A DNA stretch of 64,000 nt from an uncultured delta proteobacterium. GTDB taxonomy: Bacteria > Desulfobacterota > Desulfobacteria > Desulfobacterales > Desulfosalsimonadaceae. How positions within the stretch are numbered: the first letter of the stretch is position 1; the number at the start of each line of letters is the position of its first letter. Position numbers and translations under genes: made by a program. Positions 8,329 to 18,642 of the stretch are shown one piece after another. Where the stretch lies: the NCBI GenBank assembly GCA_963826785.1, contig CAWGYD010000001.1:384001-448000 (forward strand), read 5' to 3'. The notes below the pieces were generated by a model that was not told the DNA's origin, made no database searches, and was given only the letters and a program-made list of their open reading frames with translations.

Positions 8329-10434
8329 TCAGCTTTTCAGTATGGGAATATCGATCTGATCGGCGGCGGGCGGTGCCGTGATGTGACGGGCCTTAATGGC
8401 CAAATCCCGCACCCGCTTGAAATCCGCGTCCGTGAGCACACCCTCCAGCCCGGAGATGGAAGCCAGCTTCATTCCGTGCTTGAGCCCCATCTGATAGATT
8501 TCGCTGACCTTCTCCCATTTGATGTCTTTTCCCATGCTGAAATTTTCAAACCGGCCCTCCAGGGCCAGCACGATGGTTTCCGCCAGCGATGCGTAGGCGA
8601 CACCCGGCGGCAGCCCGATATCCTTCATTTCCGGCTGTCCGGGCAGGGTGATCTCGCCGGAAGCGATGATCAGAACATCCGGCCGCTTCCGGGCGTCCTT
8701 GACGGTGAAGTTGAGCGGCCGGTTGACATCGGTGATCACGCAGCCGGGTTTGACCTGCATGATGTCCAGTATCTTGCCGGTCCCGGTCTGCCCCGCGGTC
8801 ACGATGACGTCCATGTCTTCCAGGTACTTGTCCGAACGGGTGCTCACATGCACCTTGACGTTTTTGATTTCACTGATGATGGATTCTCGAAGGGCCAGCA
8901 GCTTGACATCATGGACATCCACCATGTAGACCTCATCGAATGCGGTGGCCAGGAGCTTGCTGCACACGGACCCCACGGCCCCGGTGGCGCCGATGACCAT
9001 GGTCTTGCCGTTTAGCTTTCGGCCCCTGGTCATCCTGAGCAGCCCCATTCGACGCACCGCCTCGGCAGCTGCCCACAGCGCTGCGGACGCGCTGTAGCTG
9101 TTTCCGGTGGTCACGGGAATTTCGGAAAATTTCGCCACGGTGACGCCGGCATCCCCGAGAGCTTTGGTGAGCGCACCCAGCCCCATGATCTGCGCGCCCA
9201 GGTTTTTGGCGATCCTGGCTGCCTTCACCAGCCGGGCATTGATGAACTCGGGGTCATGGGCCAGCATCTGGCGGGGGGTGGCGCCGATGGCGATCAGCCA
9301 CCCTTCGGCCTCTACCCCGGTGGGCGACTTGATCCCGGTAATCTTGGAATACTTGAACGGCGGGGAATAGGCCATGAGCTTTTCGATGGCGTTCATGCCG
9401 GTTTTCCGGGTCAGTTTCGAAATCAGCCGCACCGGTTTGAGTTTTTTCAGGTAATCCTGGCTCAGGGGGTGGACCACGAAGGCGAACCGGTTGACCCGCT
9501 TTTTTTCACCCGACGGATATACCACCCGCGGGTCCATGCGCAGATCGGAAATGACTTCCAGGAGGTCGTCGCTGGTCAGCGTTTCCGGCGTCTTGTCCAG
9601 TGCCGTCATGATCATGGCCTCAATCACGCTGACTCCCACGACTTTTTTGAGCATCTTCGGGGTGGTATCGATGATTGTATCCACCCCCCGCTCCCTGAGA
9701 AATTGAATCCGGTCGTCGTAGGCCGTAGACGTGATGACAGTCTTGCCTCCGAGTTCTGTGATGCCGAATTCACCGACAAATTTATAAAAATCATGATAGG
9801 GGACCACCACGACATTGGCCTGCTGGATGGCCCGGCGGATGATGAACTGCGTGTATGCGCGCAGAGGCATGGCATAGTCCGAGAATCTCCGGCTGGGCAC
9901 CCATTTCAGGATGGAGTGCAGTCCCCCGGCATAGAGTTTCAGGTCGTCCATGGACGTCAGGAACTTGGGGATGCCGTTTTCAAGGATGGGATCGCAGAAC
10001 ATGAGATTGGTCGTATACTCGGAAAGCGCCCGGGCCAGGGTGGCGTTGCTCATGCCGGACAGAAAGACGATCCGGCTGTTATTGAAGTAGCTGTTTCCCT
10101 GGGTATACTGGATGTGTCGGATGCTCCACTCATGGGTGACGGTCCGAAGGGCATCTCCGGCGGTGAACGGGGTGGACAGCCGGTCGGCCAGTTTACGGAG
10201 TTCCCGGGTCTTGTGGGCCATGAGCTGCTTCGAACCCAGCGCATAGGGAAACTGGATATACCCCAGGCCGATGGCATCCGCCTTCTGGTCCCATTCCTGG
10301 AGAAGTTCCGCGGTTTCATCGATATCGCCGTCCGTTCCGAATCTCAGGATGTGGAAGTCAACCTTCATGAACCGGGTTTTGAAATCGTAATCATCCTTGC
10401 GGGGGCCCATGCTGATATTGACGATGGTTTTCAT
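8329..10434 (-). CDS. Two-domain NAD(P)-dependent dehydrogenase; C-terminal half acyl-ACP reductase-like (predicted amino acid dehydrogenase family)
   Basis: FAFVVHP, MGLGALT, TTGNSYS, GATGAVG Rossmann motif, DVNRP; AAAGGA RBS before ATG 10434. Confidence 0.7.
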   Translation of the reverse strand: MKTIVNISMGPRKDDYDFKTRFMKVDFHILRFGTDGDIDETAELLQEWDQKADAIGLGYIQFPYALGSKQLMAHKTRELRKLADRLSTPFTAGDALRTVTHEWSIRHIQYTQGNSYFNNSRIVFLSGMSNATLARALSEYTTNLMFCDPILENGIPKFLTSMDDLKLYAGGLHSILKWVPSRRFSDYAMPLRAYTQFIIRRAIQQANVVVVPYHDFYKFVGEFGITELGGKTVITSTAYDDRIQFLRERGVDTIIDTTPKMLKKVVGVSVIEAMIMTALDKTPETLTSDDLLEVISDLRMDPRVVYPSGEKKRVNRFAFVVHPLSQDYLKKLKPVRLISKLTRKTGMNAIEKLMAYSPPFKYSKITGIKSPTGVEAEGWLIAIGATPRQMLAHDPEFINARLVKAARIAKNLGAQIMGLGALTKALGDAGVTVAKFSEIPVTTGNSYSASAALWAAAEAVRRMGLLRMTRGRKLNGKTMVIGATGAVGSVCSKLLATAFDEVYMVDVHDVKLLALRESIISEIKNVKVHVSTRSDKYLEDMDVIVTAGQTGTGKILDIMQVKPGCVITDVNRPLNFTVKDARKRPDVLIIASGEITLPGQPEMKDIGLPPGVAYASLAETIVLALEGRFENFSMGKDIKWEKVSEIYQMGLKHGMKLASISGLEGVLTDADFKRVRDLAIKARHITAPPAADQIDIPILKS

Positions 10435-10615
10435 GATGATTTCCTTTCTCTGGAAGCGTGCCCAACCGGGAAGTGGATCTCCTGGTACTGAAAAACTAAA
10501 GATCGACAGCAGGGATAAGCCGGCATACACGTCCGGTATGCAGGCCTATTCTCAAACATTATCCGGACCCTTGTCAAACAAAAGGAATATTGTCGATAGT
10601 TTTTCTGATTTCAGG

Positions 10616-11746
10616 CTAATGCCACTTGAAAATTTTAAGCCCGACCGAAAAGAAGAAGACGCCGGTGGCCAGAAGAATGGCCGCCGGAATCCAGATGTCG
10701 GCAAATCCAGCCCCTTCGATAAAAATGCTGCGCATGCCGTCCGTCAGCAGGGTCAGGGGGAGAAACCGGATGAAGGGAATGCTCCAGTCCGGAAAGTTGT
10801 GGTAGGAAAAAAAGATACCGGACAGAACGGTGAGGGGCAGGACTACGGCATTGATGATTCCGTTGCCGATCTCCGTATTGGCGGTGTGGGAGGAGACGAA
10901 AATGGCCAGCCCGCCGAAAGCGATGTTCCCGGCCAGGAATACGATCATCAGGGCGCCCGGATTCCCCTGGATGGTGATGTCGAAGACCATCCAGGCGACA
11001 AGAAACAGCAGGACCGCCTCGATAAAATTCATGAGCACCCGGACCGAGATCAGGGCCACCAGGAAATGCGATTTCTTCATGGGGGTGGCCACCATCCGGC
11101 GCAGCAGTTTCTTCGATCGGCGTTCGATCATGCCGTAGCTGATTCCCCACATGCACGACATCATGATGTCCACGGCAATCAGTCCGGGCACCAGAAAATC
11201 GATGTACCGGGTCCCGGGCACCGTCAAGGGGACAATCTCTGCCTGCGGCGGCGCTCCCCCCGGCGTTTGCATCCCCGCCATCAGGTTGGCCAGCTTCAGA
11301 TAGGTCAGCTGGGCATCCGGGTTTTTGGGATCAAAATAATACCGTATGCGGCCGTTTTCCTCCTTGACGATGAGGCTCAGGCTGCCGCGCTTGAGGCTCT
11401 TCAAGGCCTCCGGCCAGGACGTGCGGATAAACGTGAAGGTGGTATTTCCCATTGCGTCATTATTTACGGTCAGCTGATATCGCACGGGGGCTGTGCTTGT
11501 CTGTTCGGTGCGGTTTTCGAGAAACGATTCAAATGCGGATGCCCCGGATCCGGCGGGCGCCTGCCGGCTGTTTTGTTCAACGACGGCCACGCTTCGGACG
11601 ACCTCGGATTTCTGGGTAAAGGCGATTCCCAGCCCCAGGGCCATGAGAATGGGAAACACGATGCCCCAGAACAGCACCGCCGGCTGGCGGATGATTTCCT
11701 TGGCATGGGCGATGGTCAGCTGGATCAGCTGAAATAAATTGATCAT
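10616..11746 (-). CDS. ABC-2 type transporter permease
   Basis: FWGIVFP, RYIDFLVPGL, LSGIFFS, LPLT; start overlaps the ATPase stop. Confidence 0.9.
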   Translation of the reverse strand: MINLFQLIQLTIAHAKEIIRQPAVLFWGIVFPILMALGLGIAFTQKSEVVRSVAVVEQNSRQAPAGSGASAFESFLENRTEQTSTAPVRYQLTVNNDAMGNTTFTFIRTSWPEALKSLKRGSLSLIVKEENGRIRYYFDPKNPDAQLTYLKLANLMAGMQTPGGAPPQAEIVPLTVPGTRYIDFLVPGLIAVDIMMSCMWGISYGMIERRSKKLLRRMVATPMKKSHFLVALISVRVLMNFIEAVLLFLVAWMVFDITIQGNPGALMIVFLAGNIAFGGLAIFVSSHTANTEIGNGIINAVVLPLTVLSGIFFSYHNFPDWSIPFIRFLPLTLLTDGMRSIFIEGAGFADIWIPAAILLATGVFFFSVGLKIFKWH

Positions 11747-12707
11747 GATTCGGTCAGCCGTCTTCCGGTCATGGCAATGAACAGGTCGTCTAAGGTCTGG
11801 CGGCGGCATTCCAGATTTTTCAGGTGAATCCGGTTGTTTTTCAGAAAAGAGAGAAAATCCGGAAGCTGGTTTTCCATGTCGGTCAGGGTGATATTGCCTT
11901 TCCGGTTCTGTGCATCCCAGTCGACGGCAAAGGGGCAATTGCCCATCAGCCGGCTTATCGGCGCGGTTTCTCCGGGTTCGACCGAAAATTCGATGTATTT
12001 TTCATCGCCGCTGTCGCGCAGCAGCTGATCCAGCGTCCCTTCCCGCAGAATCTCACCATTGTCCATGATGATAATGGCGTCGCACAGTTTTTCCGCCTCT
12101 TCCATGTAGTGGGTCGTCAGGATCAGCGAGGTTTCGGACCCGGCTTTCAGGTTGAGCAAAATGTCCCAGATCTCCCGCCGGGCATTGGGGTCCAGGCCGG
12201 TGGTGGGTTCGTCCAGGAGCAGGATTCTGGGCCGATTGATCAGGGCGATGCCCAGGGCCAGCCGCTGGCGCTGGCCGCCGGAAAGATTGACCGTAAAGGC
12301 ATCGCGTTTGGCATCGAGCCCCACCAGATCGATAATTTCTTCCACCCGGTCCTCACGCAGGCCGTAAAAGCTGGCGAACAGGCGAAGGGTCTCCTTAAGG
12401 GTCAGCTTGTCGATGAACCGGGTCTCCTGCAGGGACAGGCCGATGATCCGGTGAATCTCATCCGCACTGTCTTTCCAGGACATGCCCATGACCCGGATGT
12501 CGCCCCGATCCGGCTGCTGAATCCCCTCGATCATTTCCACCAGGGTGGTCTTACCCGCGCCGTTGGGGCCCAGGATGCCCGTGAACTGCCCGGGATCGAT
12601 TCGCAGGCTCACCCCCCGGACCGCGTCGACGGTCCTGAAGGATTTGTAGACGTCATCGACTTCGATAACCGCGGCAGCTGCGCCGTCGTTTATGGAGATT
12701 CTTTCAT
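11743..12707 (-). CDS. ABC transporter ATP-binding protein (1-nt frameshift just after the start codon)
   Basis: GPNGAGKTT, LSGGQRQR, LLLDEPT. The frame continues upstream as VIEVDDVYKSFRTVDAVRGVS; ATG 12707 with AAGGAAG RBS needs one more A in ATGAAAGA to join it. Confidence 0.88.
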
Positions 12708-12738
12708 CTTCCTTTGTTCGTGATTCGAATCTGATTTG

Positions 12739-14391
12739 TCATCCCCCCGCCGACTCAAATGCCTGGCTGACGATCGCCTGGGCCTCCTGCTGGATCTTTT
12801 TCAGGTGATCCTTTCCCGAAAAACTTTCCGCATAGATCTTGTAAATCGCTTCGGTGCCGGAGGGGCGTGCGGCAAACCATCCGTTTTGCGTCACCACCTT
12901 AAGCCCGCCGATGGGCGCCTGGTTGCCCGGGGCGCGGGTCAGCGTGGCCGTGATCGGCTCGCCGGCCAGCTTGTCGGCGCGGATCGCTTCCGGAGACAGG
13001 TTTTTCAGGATATCCTTCTGCCGCCCACTGGCCGGCGCGTCCATGCGTTCATAGAAGCTTTGGCCGAACCGGTTTTCCAGATCCTTGTACAGCCCGGCAG
13101 GATCCCTGCCGGTTTTCGCCATGATTTCGGCGGAAAGCAGGTCCATGATGATTCCGTCCTTGTCCGTTGTCCAGACGGTGGCATCCTTTCTCAAAAATGC
13201 GGCGCCGGCGCTTTCTTCGCCGCCGAAGGCGCAGGTGCCGTCCAGCAGACCGTCCACGAACCATTTGAACCCCACCGGGACCTCGGAAAGGGTCCGGTCA
13301 AGGGATTTGGCCACCCGGTCGATCATGGAGGTGGAGACCAGCGTTTTGCCCACGGAAGCGGTTTTCGGCCAGCCGGGGCGGTTCTGGAAGAGATACCACA
13401 CGGCCACGGACAGGTAGTGGTTGGGGTTGAGCAGGCCCGCCTCCCGGGTGACGATGCCGTGCCGGTCCACATCCGGGTCGTTTCCAAAAGCGATGTCAAA
13501 GGAATCCTTGAGATGGATCAGACGCTGCATGGCATAGGGGGAGGAGCAATCCATCCGGATTTTACCGTCCTTATCCAGGGTCATGAAGGAAAAGGTCGGG
13601 TCAACGGTCTTGCTGACCACTTCAAGATTAAGATGATACTGCTCGGCGATGGGCTCCCAGAAGGCCACCGCCGCCCCGCCCAGGGGATCCACCCCCAGTT
13701 TGAGGCCGGCTGCGGAAATGATGTCCATGTCGATGATGGTTTTAAGATCGGCCACATAGGGGGCGATGTAGTCATACGATCGGACGTGGCTTGATTTCAT
13801 CGCCCTTTCAAAGGGTATCCGTTTAATGGCCGCGATATTTTCGGCCAGGAGTTCGTTGGCCCGTCCGGCGATGGCGGTGGTGGTGCCGGTATCGGCCGGG
13901 CCGCCGTGGGGGGGGTTGTACTTGAACCCGCCGTCTTCGGGCGGGTTGTGGGAGGGGGTAATCACCACCCCGTCGGCCAGTCCCTGTTTCCGGTTCCGGT
14001 TGTAGCTCAAAATCGCATGGGAAATGACCGGGGTGGGGGTGTAGCCGAACCCTTCCTGGACCATGACCGTGATGCCGGCGGCGGCAAACACTTCCAGGGC
14101 GGTGGCCAGGGCCGGTTCGGAAAGAGCGTGGGTATCCATTCCCAGAAACAGGGGGCCGTCGATTCCTTTGGATGCCCGGTGTTCACAGATGGCCCGGCTG
14201 ATCGCCAGGATGTGGTTTTCATTGAAGCTGTTCTTCAGCGAGGTGCCCCGATGCCCCGAGGTGCCGAAGGCCACCTTCTGACCCGGTTCTGAAACATCCG
14301 GCTGATGGGTGTAATATGCGGATACCAGCCGGGGAATATTGGCCAGAAGTTCATTCGGCGCCGGCTTTCCCGCCAGTTCATGTATGCTCAT
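12739..14391 (-). CDS. pgm: Phosphoglucomutase (alpha-D-glucose-1,6-bisphosphate-dependent)
   Basis: [45 protein letters not shown]. Confidence 0.96.
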   Translation of the reverse strand: MSIHELAGKPAPNELLANIPRLVSAYYTHQPDVSEPGQKVAFGTSGHRGTSLKNSFNENHILAISRAICEHRASKGIDGPLFLGMDTHALSEPALATALEVFAAAGITVMVQEGFGYTPTPVISHAILSYNRNRKQGLADGVVITPSHNPPEDGGFKYNPPHGGPADTGTTTAIAGRANELLAENIAAIKRIPFERAMKSSHVRSYDYIAPYVADLKTIIDMDIISAAGLKLGVDPLGGAAVAFWEPIAEQYHLNLEVVSKTVDPTFSFMTLDKDGKIRMDCSSPYAMQRLIHLKDSFDIAFGNDPDVDRHGIVTREAGLLNPNHYLSVAVWYLFQNRPGWPKTASVGKTLVSTSMIDRVAKSLDRTLSEVPVGFKWFVDGLLDGTCAFGGEESAGAAFLRKDATVWTTDKDGIIMDLLSAEIMAKTGRDPAGLYKDLENRFGQSFYERMDAPASGRQKDILKNLSPEAIRADKLAGEPITATLTRAPGNQAPIGGLKVVTQNGWFAARPSGTEAIYKIYAESFSGKDHLKKIQQEAQAIVSQAFESAGG

Positions 14392-14558
14392 ATTCCTCCT
14401 TTCCGGGTAAAGAGCCGTCGATTCCATGGCTGCAGAAGTCGGCTCGAAATGTCAAACCCTCATTTTCCCAGCATTAAATCATAAGTCTTGAAGAAGGACG
14501 ATGCCAGCGGATATCCTTCCGAACCGATTTGGATCGATTTGCTTTGATCGGATTTGCT

Positions 14559-15200
14559 TTAGCGGGGGGCATACGGGGGGACTGGGGGGGATCCGTTCGT
14601 TTTGGCGGCCGCATTTTTGTTTCTGCATTCACTGCCGGAAACGTCAGGCCCCCTTCCATCTCTGTCTGTTTCTCCCCGGTGCGTCTCCTCGCTGCATCCG
14701 GGCAGGGCCGCTGACTGATCATCGGGACGGCGCCAGAAGACCCGGACCAGGATATATCCGGCAACTGCGGCGATGCATCCCAGGATCATGCCGCCGGTCC
14801 AGACATAAACCGCGTTGGTGAACACCTGCCGGACCGGGCCGACCGGTTTGATATGCCCGGCGGCCAGAAATCCGGGGAGATGAGAAAAGACGAACCGGCC
14901 GATCCTGAATTCGACCACGTAAACATAAATCATGGTAAACGGATTGGTGATCCAGCAGGCGGCCAGGGCGATGGGCAGGTTGACCCGGAGCCAGATGGCG
15001 CAGATGGCGCTGATCAGCATCTGAAAGGGAATGGTGGGGGTAAAGGCGATAAACAGCCCCAGGGCCAGGCCGCCGGATATGGTTCGCCGGTTGATGTGCC
15101 AGATTTCCCTGTCGAAGAGCCGGTCCCCCAGCAACCGGTGGATCACTTCACCGCGAAGGCGTTCCTGGGCAAACACATACTTATCCAGCCATTTGTTCAT
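14559..15200 (-). CDS. DUF2062-like membrane protein
   Basis: GLALGLFIAFTP, RVNLPIALAACWITNPFT; hydrophilic tail of uncertain reality. Confidence 0.8.
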   Translation of the reverse strand: MNKWLDKYVFAQERLRGEVIHRLLGDRLFDREIWHINRRTISGGLALGLFIAFTPTIPFQMLISAICAIWLRVNLPIALAACWITNPFTMIYVYVVEFRIGRFVFSHLPGFLAAGHIKPVGPVRQVFTNAVYVWTGGMILGCIAAVAGYILVRVFWRRPDDQSAALPGCSEETHRGETDRDGRGPDVSGSECRNKNAAAKTNGSPPVPPYAPR

Positions 15201-15465
15201 TCTGATCTCCGGAAAAACAACCCGTTCAGGGCATCAGGCATCGCGCCCAAATACCGGCGCAAGAGGGCGGGCAAGGTGCATGAACAGGAAAACCGTGTCG
15301 AATTTCGAATTTGATCTGACATACAACAGATTTGCAGAGAAAATCAAATTAAAACAAAGGGCGCCTGTCCGGGTCGAAAGTCTCTGATTTTAGACGAACC
15401 GATTTGGTGAACAACTGAAGGACGGATACCGCTGCCGGATCGTTATGGCAGCAGTCGGAAGTAAA

Positions 15466-15500
15466 AAACCAGTTCCTCGATAAATTCGAGGAACTGGTTT
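15466..15500 (-). terminator. Terminator downstream of the TA module
   Basis: Perfect 15-bp inverted repeat aaaccagttcctcga/tcgaggaactggttt, 5-nt loop, T-run on minus strand. Confidence 0.75.
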
Positions 15501-15640
15501 ACGGGACAGGGGATGTTCCAACTTTATAACTGAGGCCTGATCGGAAATCTTATATCGATCACAAAACAGCCGTTTTGAAATACTTCTACGAAGCCGACAG
15601 ATGCATAAGGGCGTTTTCGTCGATGACGATAAAGAGGATT

Positions 15641-15904
15641 CTATTTTTTATAGACGCTCCCTCTAAATCCTACGATCTCGATGAATATTGTTTTGCGGAA
15701 TTCGTCGATGGAGTAGATAATCCGGATATCGCCCATCCGAATCCTGCAGCTTCCAGACAATTCCCCTTTCAGTTGCTTGACATTGGGTAGGTTGAACGGA
15801 TCTTCAGCCAGTTTTTCGAAGATTCGATTCAGACGGCCTGCAGTAGCATCATCGACCTGCTGGTAAAATTTAGCAGCCTTGCGAGCGAATTCGATCTTAT
15901 ACAT
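15641..15904 (-). CDS. Type II toxin, RelE/ParE family
   Basis: MYKIEF..KAAK, KQLKGEL, RIRMGDIRIIY, VGFRGSVYK. Confidence 0.9.
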   Translation of the reverse strand: MYKIEFARKAAKFYQQVDDATAGRLNRIFEKLAEDPFNLPNVKQLKGELSGSCRIRMGDIRIIYSIDEFRKTIFIEIVGFRGSVYKK

Positions 15905-16124
15905 TCCGCTTTATATTTTTCCAGCTCACGGTCCTTCCAGTTCGGATGTCTTCTTTGGCTTGGCGGTATTCTTCCATGAATCCGCTCATATAAATCAGTT
16001 CCTCTGTTGCCTTCTCATCGCTTTGTCTGAGATCTTCAAGGAAATCGAGTGCAATCTGCAACTTTTGTGGTGGAAGATGTTGAATAGTATCATGAATTCT
16101 GTCTTTTATTTCCATGGGTTTCAT
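15897..16124 (-). CDS. Putative antitoxin
   Basis: Small acidic ORF upstream of and overlapping the toxin; EDIRTGRTVSW tail typical of RelE partners. Confidence 0.75.
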   Translation of the reverse strand: MKPMEIKDRIHDTIQHLPPQKLQIALDFLEDLRQSDEKATEELIYMSGFMEEYRQAKEDIRTGRTVSWKNIKRNV

Positions 16125-16347
16125 AAGTGGCCTTCTTTTTCAGGTTTCCTCCGGTCTTGTTGCTTTTGGGGTATTTGGCAATTTCTGCAAAACTTTAATC
16201 TTTTGGTGCTTCATGAGGTGATTTTATTTAAAAGTTCAATATAAGCACTTTTTACATCAAATAATACGATAAATAAAGGAAAATGGCAGGGAGCGAATTC
16301 GGGCGTGAATTCAGGTGTGTCCCGGCTGTGCGCGAATTTCATCCGCT

Positions 16348-17718
16348 TTAAAACACCAGTTCCTCGACGAAATCAATGAGCTGGTTTAAGTTCCGGCAGG
16401 GGCGGATTTCGTGGCAGTAGGCCTTGTAGACGTTCATTTCGCTGTCGCCCGTGCCCCAGAATTCTTCGGGTTCCGGGTTGAGCCAGATCACCCGGCGGCA
16501 TCGGGCCCGCATCTCCTCCAGCAGCTGCTCCCGCGGATTGTGGTAGTTGGATCGGCCGTCCCCCACGATGATCAGGGTGGTCTTCTGGGTGAGCAGGTGC
16601 AGATAATCCCGGTGAAACTGGTGAAATACCTCCCCGTAGTCGGTCAGGGCATTCAAGTTGATGTCCGTGTCGGTGATCACCTTTTCAATGGCCCGGTTGA
16701 CCTCGTGCTTCTCGAAAATGTCGGTGATATTGATCGTGCTGCAGACAAAGGCGAAGCTCTTGACGTCGGAAAAGCAGTCCTGGAGCGAATAGATCATGTT
16801 GAGCATGAACCGGGCCGCGCTCCAGACGGATCCGGACACGTCGCACAGGGTGACGACCTTGGCCTTGCGCAAAGGCCGGCTGCGGTACTTGATCACGATG
16901 GGAATCCCCTGGAAGCGGCCGGCATGGCGCAGGGTCTTCTTGACATCGAGGGTCCCCTTGTTCCGGGAGGCATACCGGCGGGTCATGATGTCCTTCATCT
17001 TGCGCACCAGATGTTCGATCACCACCCGCATCTCGGCAATTTCGGCTTCCGAAAGGGAGGCAAAGGGGCGTTCCCCCAGCCCCTTGTAATGCGTATCGTG
17101 GGTCTTGACCTGCTTGAGCCCGTCATTGTAGGGCCGGGTCTCCTCGGAGAGCATCCGGGCCGCGGTATCCAGGCGGCCTTTCAGGTAATTGATTGCATCT
17201 GCTGCACCCGGCCCGGCGTTTCCCCCCTGGAGTTGGACCACCCGGTTTCGGGCGCGGTTGATCCGGAGCATGATTTCCAGCCGGCTGGAGAGCTGGCCCA
17301 GGTTGGATTTCACCGAGCGGGTGCTGTATTCTTCCTGGCTCTCCACCCGCTGGATCTCGGAGAGATAGCCGATGGGGTCTCCGGAGAGAAAGTCCAGCAG
17401 GGCCTGGCTGATGGCGTCGTCCTCGGTCCGGCCGGAAAGGGCCTCGAGCAGGTTTTCCATTTCAGGGGAGCGGCCGCTTTCGGGTACCGCTTGCGCCTGG
17501 GGCTGGACATCATGGAAAAACAGGTGGTAGATCCGGTCGAACGTGCGCTGCTCCCGGCGGCTCTTGGCGAAGTTGGCCCGCAGGGCCGCCTTGAACTGCG
17601 CCTCATCCAGCATATCGACCAGCTTTATCTGCCGTACGCAGTCGATGACCTCGGCGGTGGAGACCCGCAGCGTGGCGGTCCGGCAGGCCTCCACGAATTT
17701 GAGCATCACGTCGAGCAT
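16348..17718 (-). CDS. VWA domain protein, CoxE-like
   Basis: MIDAS CDVSGSV, TDYGEVF, GDGRSNY, WLNPEP...WGTGDS, CRNLNQL. Confidence 0.92.
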   Translation of the reverse strand: MLDVMLKFVEACRTATLRVSTAEVIDCVRQIKLVDMLDEAQFKAALRANFAKSRREQRTFDRIYHLFFHDVQPQAQAVPESGRSPEMENLLEALSGRTEDDAISQALLDFLSGDPIGYLSEIQRVESQEEYSTRSVKSNLGQLSSRLEIMLRINRARNRVVQLQGGNAGPGAADAINYLKGRLDTAARMLSEETRPYNDGLKQVKTHDTHYKGLGERPFASLSEAEIAEMRVVIEHLVRKMKDIMTRRYASRNKGTLDVKKTLRHAGRFQGIPIVIKYRSRPLRKAKVVTLCDVSGSVWSAARFMLNMIYSLQDCFSDVKSFAFVCSTINITDIFEKHEVNRAIEKVITDTDINLNALTDYGEVFHQFHRDYLHLLTQKTTLIIVGDGRSNYHNPREQLLEEMRARCRRVIWLNPEPEEFWGTGDSEMNVYKAYCHEIRPCRNLNQLIDFVEELVF

Positions 17719-17723
17719 GACGG

Positions 17724-18629
17724 CTACAGAAGCCTGCCGACGGCTGATTTCACCAGGGCCATGTCCGAACGGTACTTGCAGACCATGTTGAGGGTGTCGG
17801 AAATGATTTCCGGGGACAGTTCCCGGGCGTTTAGCACCATCAGGGACCGCGCCCAGTCCAGGGTTTCGGAGATGCAGGGCCGTTTTTTCAGATCCATTTC
17901 CCGGATGCGGTTGACGGCATTGATCAGCTGTTCGGCCAGGCATTCCTCGATTCCGGGAACCTTGAGCAGAAGAATCCGCTTTTCCAGCGTCTTGGGCGGG
18001 TAATCGATATATAAATGGATGCACCGCCGCTTCAGCGCATCGCTCATGTCCCGGTAGTTGTTGGAGGTCAGGATCACCATGGGGATGTTCTTGGCCTTGC
18101 GGATGCCGATTTCCGGGATGGAGACCTGAAATTCGCTCAGCAGCTCCAGCAGGAAGGCTTCAAATTCCGGGTCGGACTTGTCGATCTCATCGATGAGCAG
18201 CACCACCGGGTTGTCCGATGAGATGGCCTGGAGGAGGGGCCGGGCCAGAATGAACCGTTCCGAAAAAAAGGCATCCTCCTGCTGGGCGATCTTGTCCACG
18301 GCATCGGCCAGGCAGGTGGCCCCGGCGATCAGGTCGTTGATCTTCTCCTTGATCATCTGGGTGTAGAGCAGCTGCTTGGCATACTCCCACTCATAGAGCG
18401 CCTTGGCCTCGTCCAGCCCCTCGTAGCACTGGAGACGGATTTTTTTCCGGTTCATGCACCGGGCCAGGGCCCGGGCCAGTTCGGTCTTGCCGGCCCCGGC
18501 CGGGCCTTCCACCAGGATGGGCTTGTTGGTTGCCGCGGCCAGGAACACCACGGTGGCGATTTCCCGGGAGGGGATGTAATCCGCGCTCTCCAGCTTCTGC
18601 TGCACGTCCTCGACGCTGACAAACTCCAT
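17724..18629 (-). CDS. MoxR family AAA+ ATPase, CoxD-like
   Basis: EGPAGAGKTE, RLQCYEGLDEAKALYEWEY, LIDEIDKSD, SDALKRRC. Confidence 0.93.
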   Translation of the reverse strand: MEFVSVEDVQQKLESADYIPSREIATVVFLAAATNKPILVEGPAGAGKTELARALARCMNRKKIRLQCYEGLDEAKALYEWEYAKQLLYTQMIKEKINDLIAGATCLADAVDKIAQQEDAFFSERFILARPLLQAISSDNPVVLLIDEIDKSDPEFEAFLLELLSEFQVSIPEIGIRKAKNIPMVILTSNNYRDMSDALKRRCIHLYIDYPPKTLEKRILLLKVPGIEECLAEQLINAVNRIREMDLKKRPCISETLDWARSLMVLNARELSPEIISDTLNMVCKYRSDMALVKSAVGRLL

Positions 18630-18642
18630 TTAAGAATTCCTT

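Noticed and set aside
9256..11737. Long plus-strand ORFs (9256-10491, 10397-11737)
   Set aside because: Antisense shadows of motif-bearing minus-strand genes, expected in GC-rich DNA
16411..18003. 530-aa plus-strand ORF; similar shadows at 12736-13794, 35245-36378, 37280-38761, 50692-51903, 54237-55517
   Set aside because: Opposite well-supported genes; no recognisable motifs
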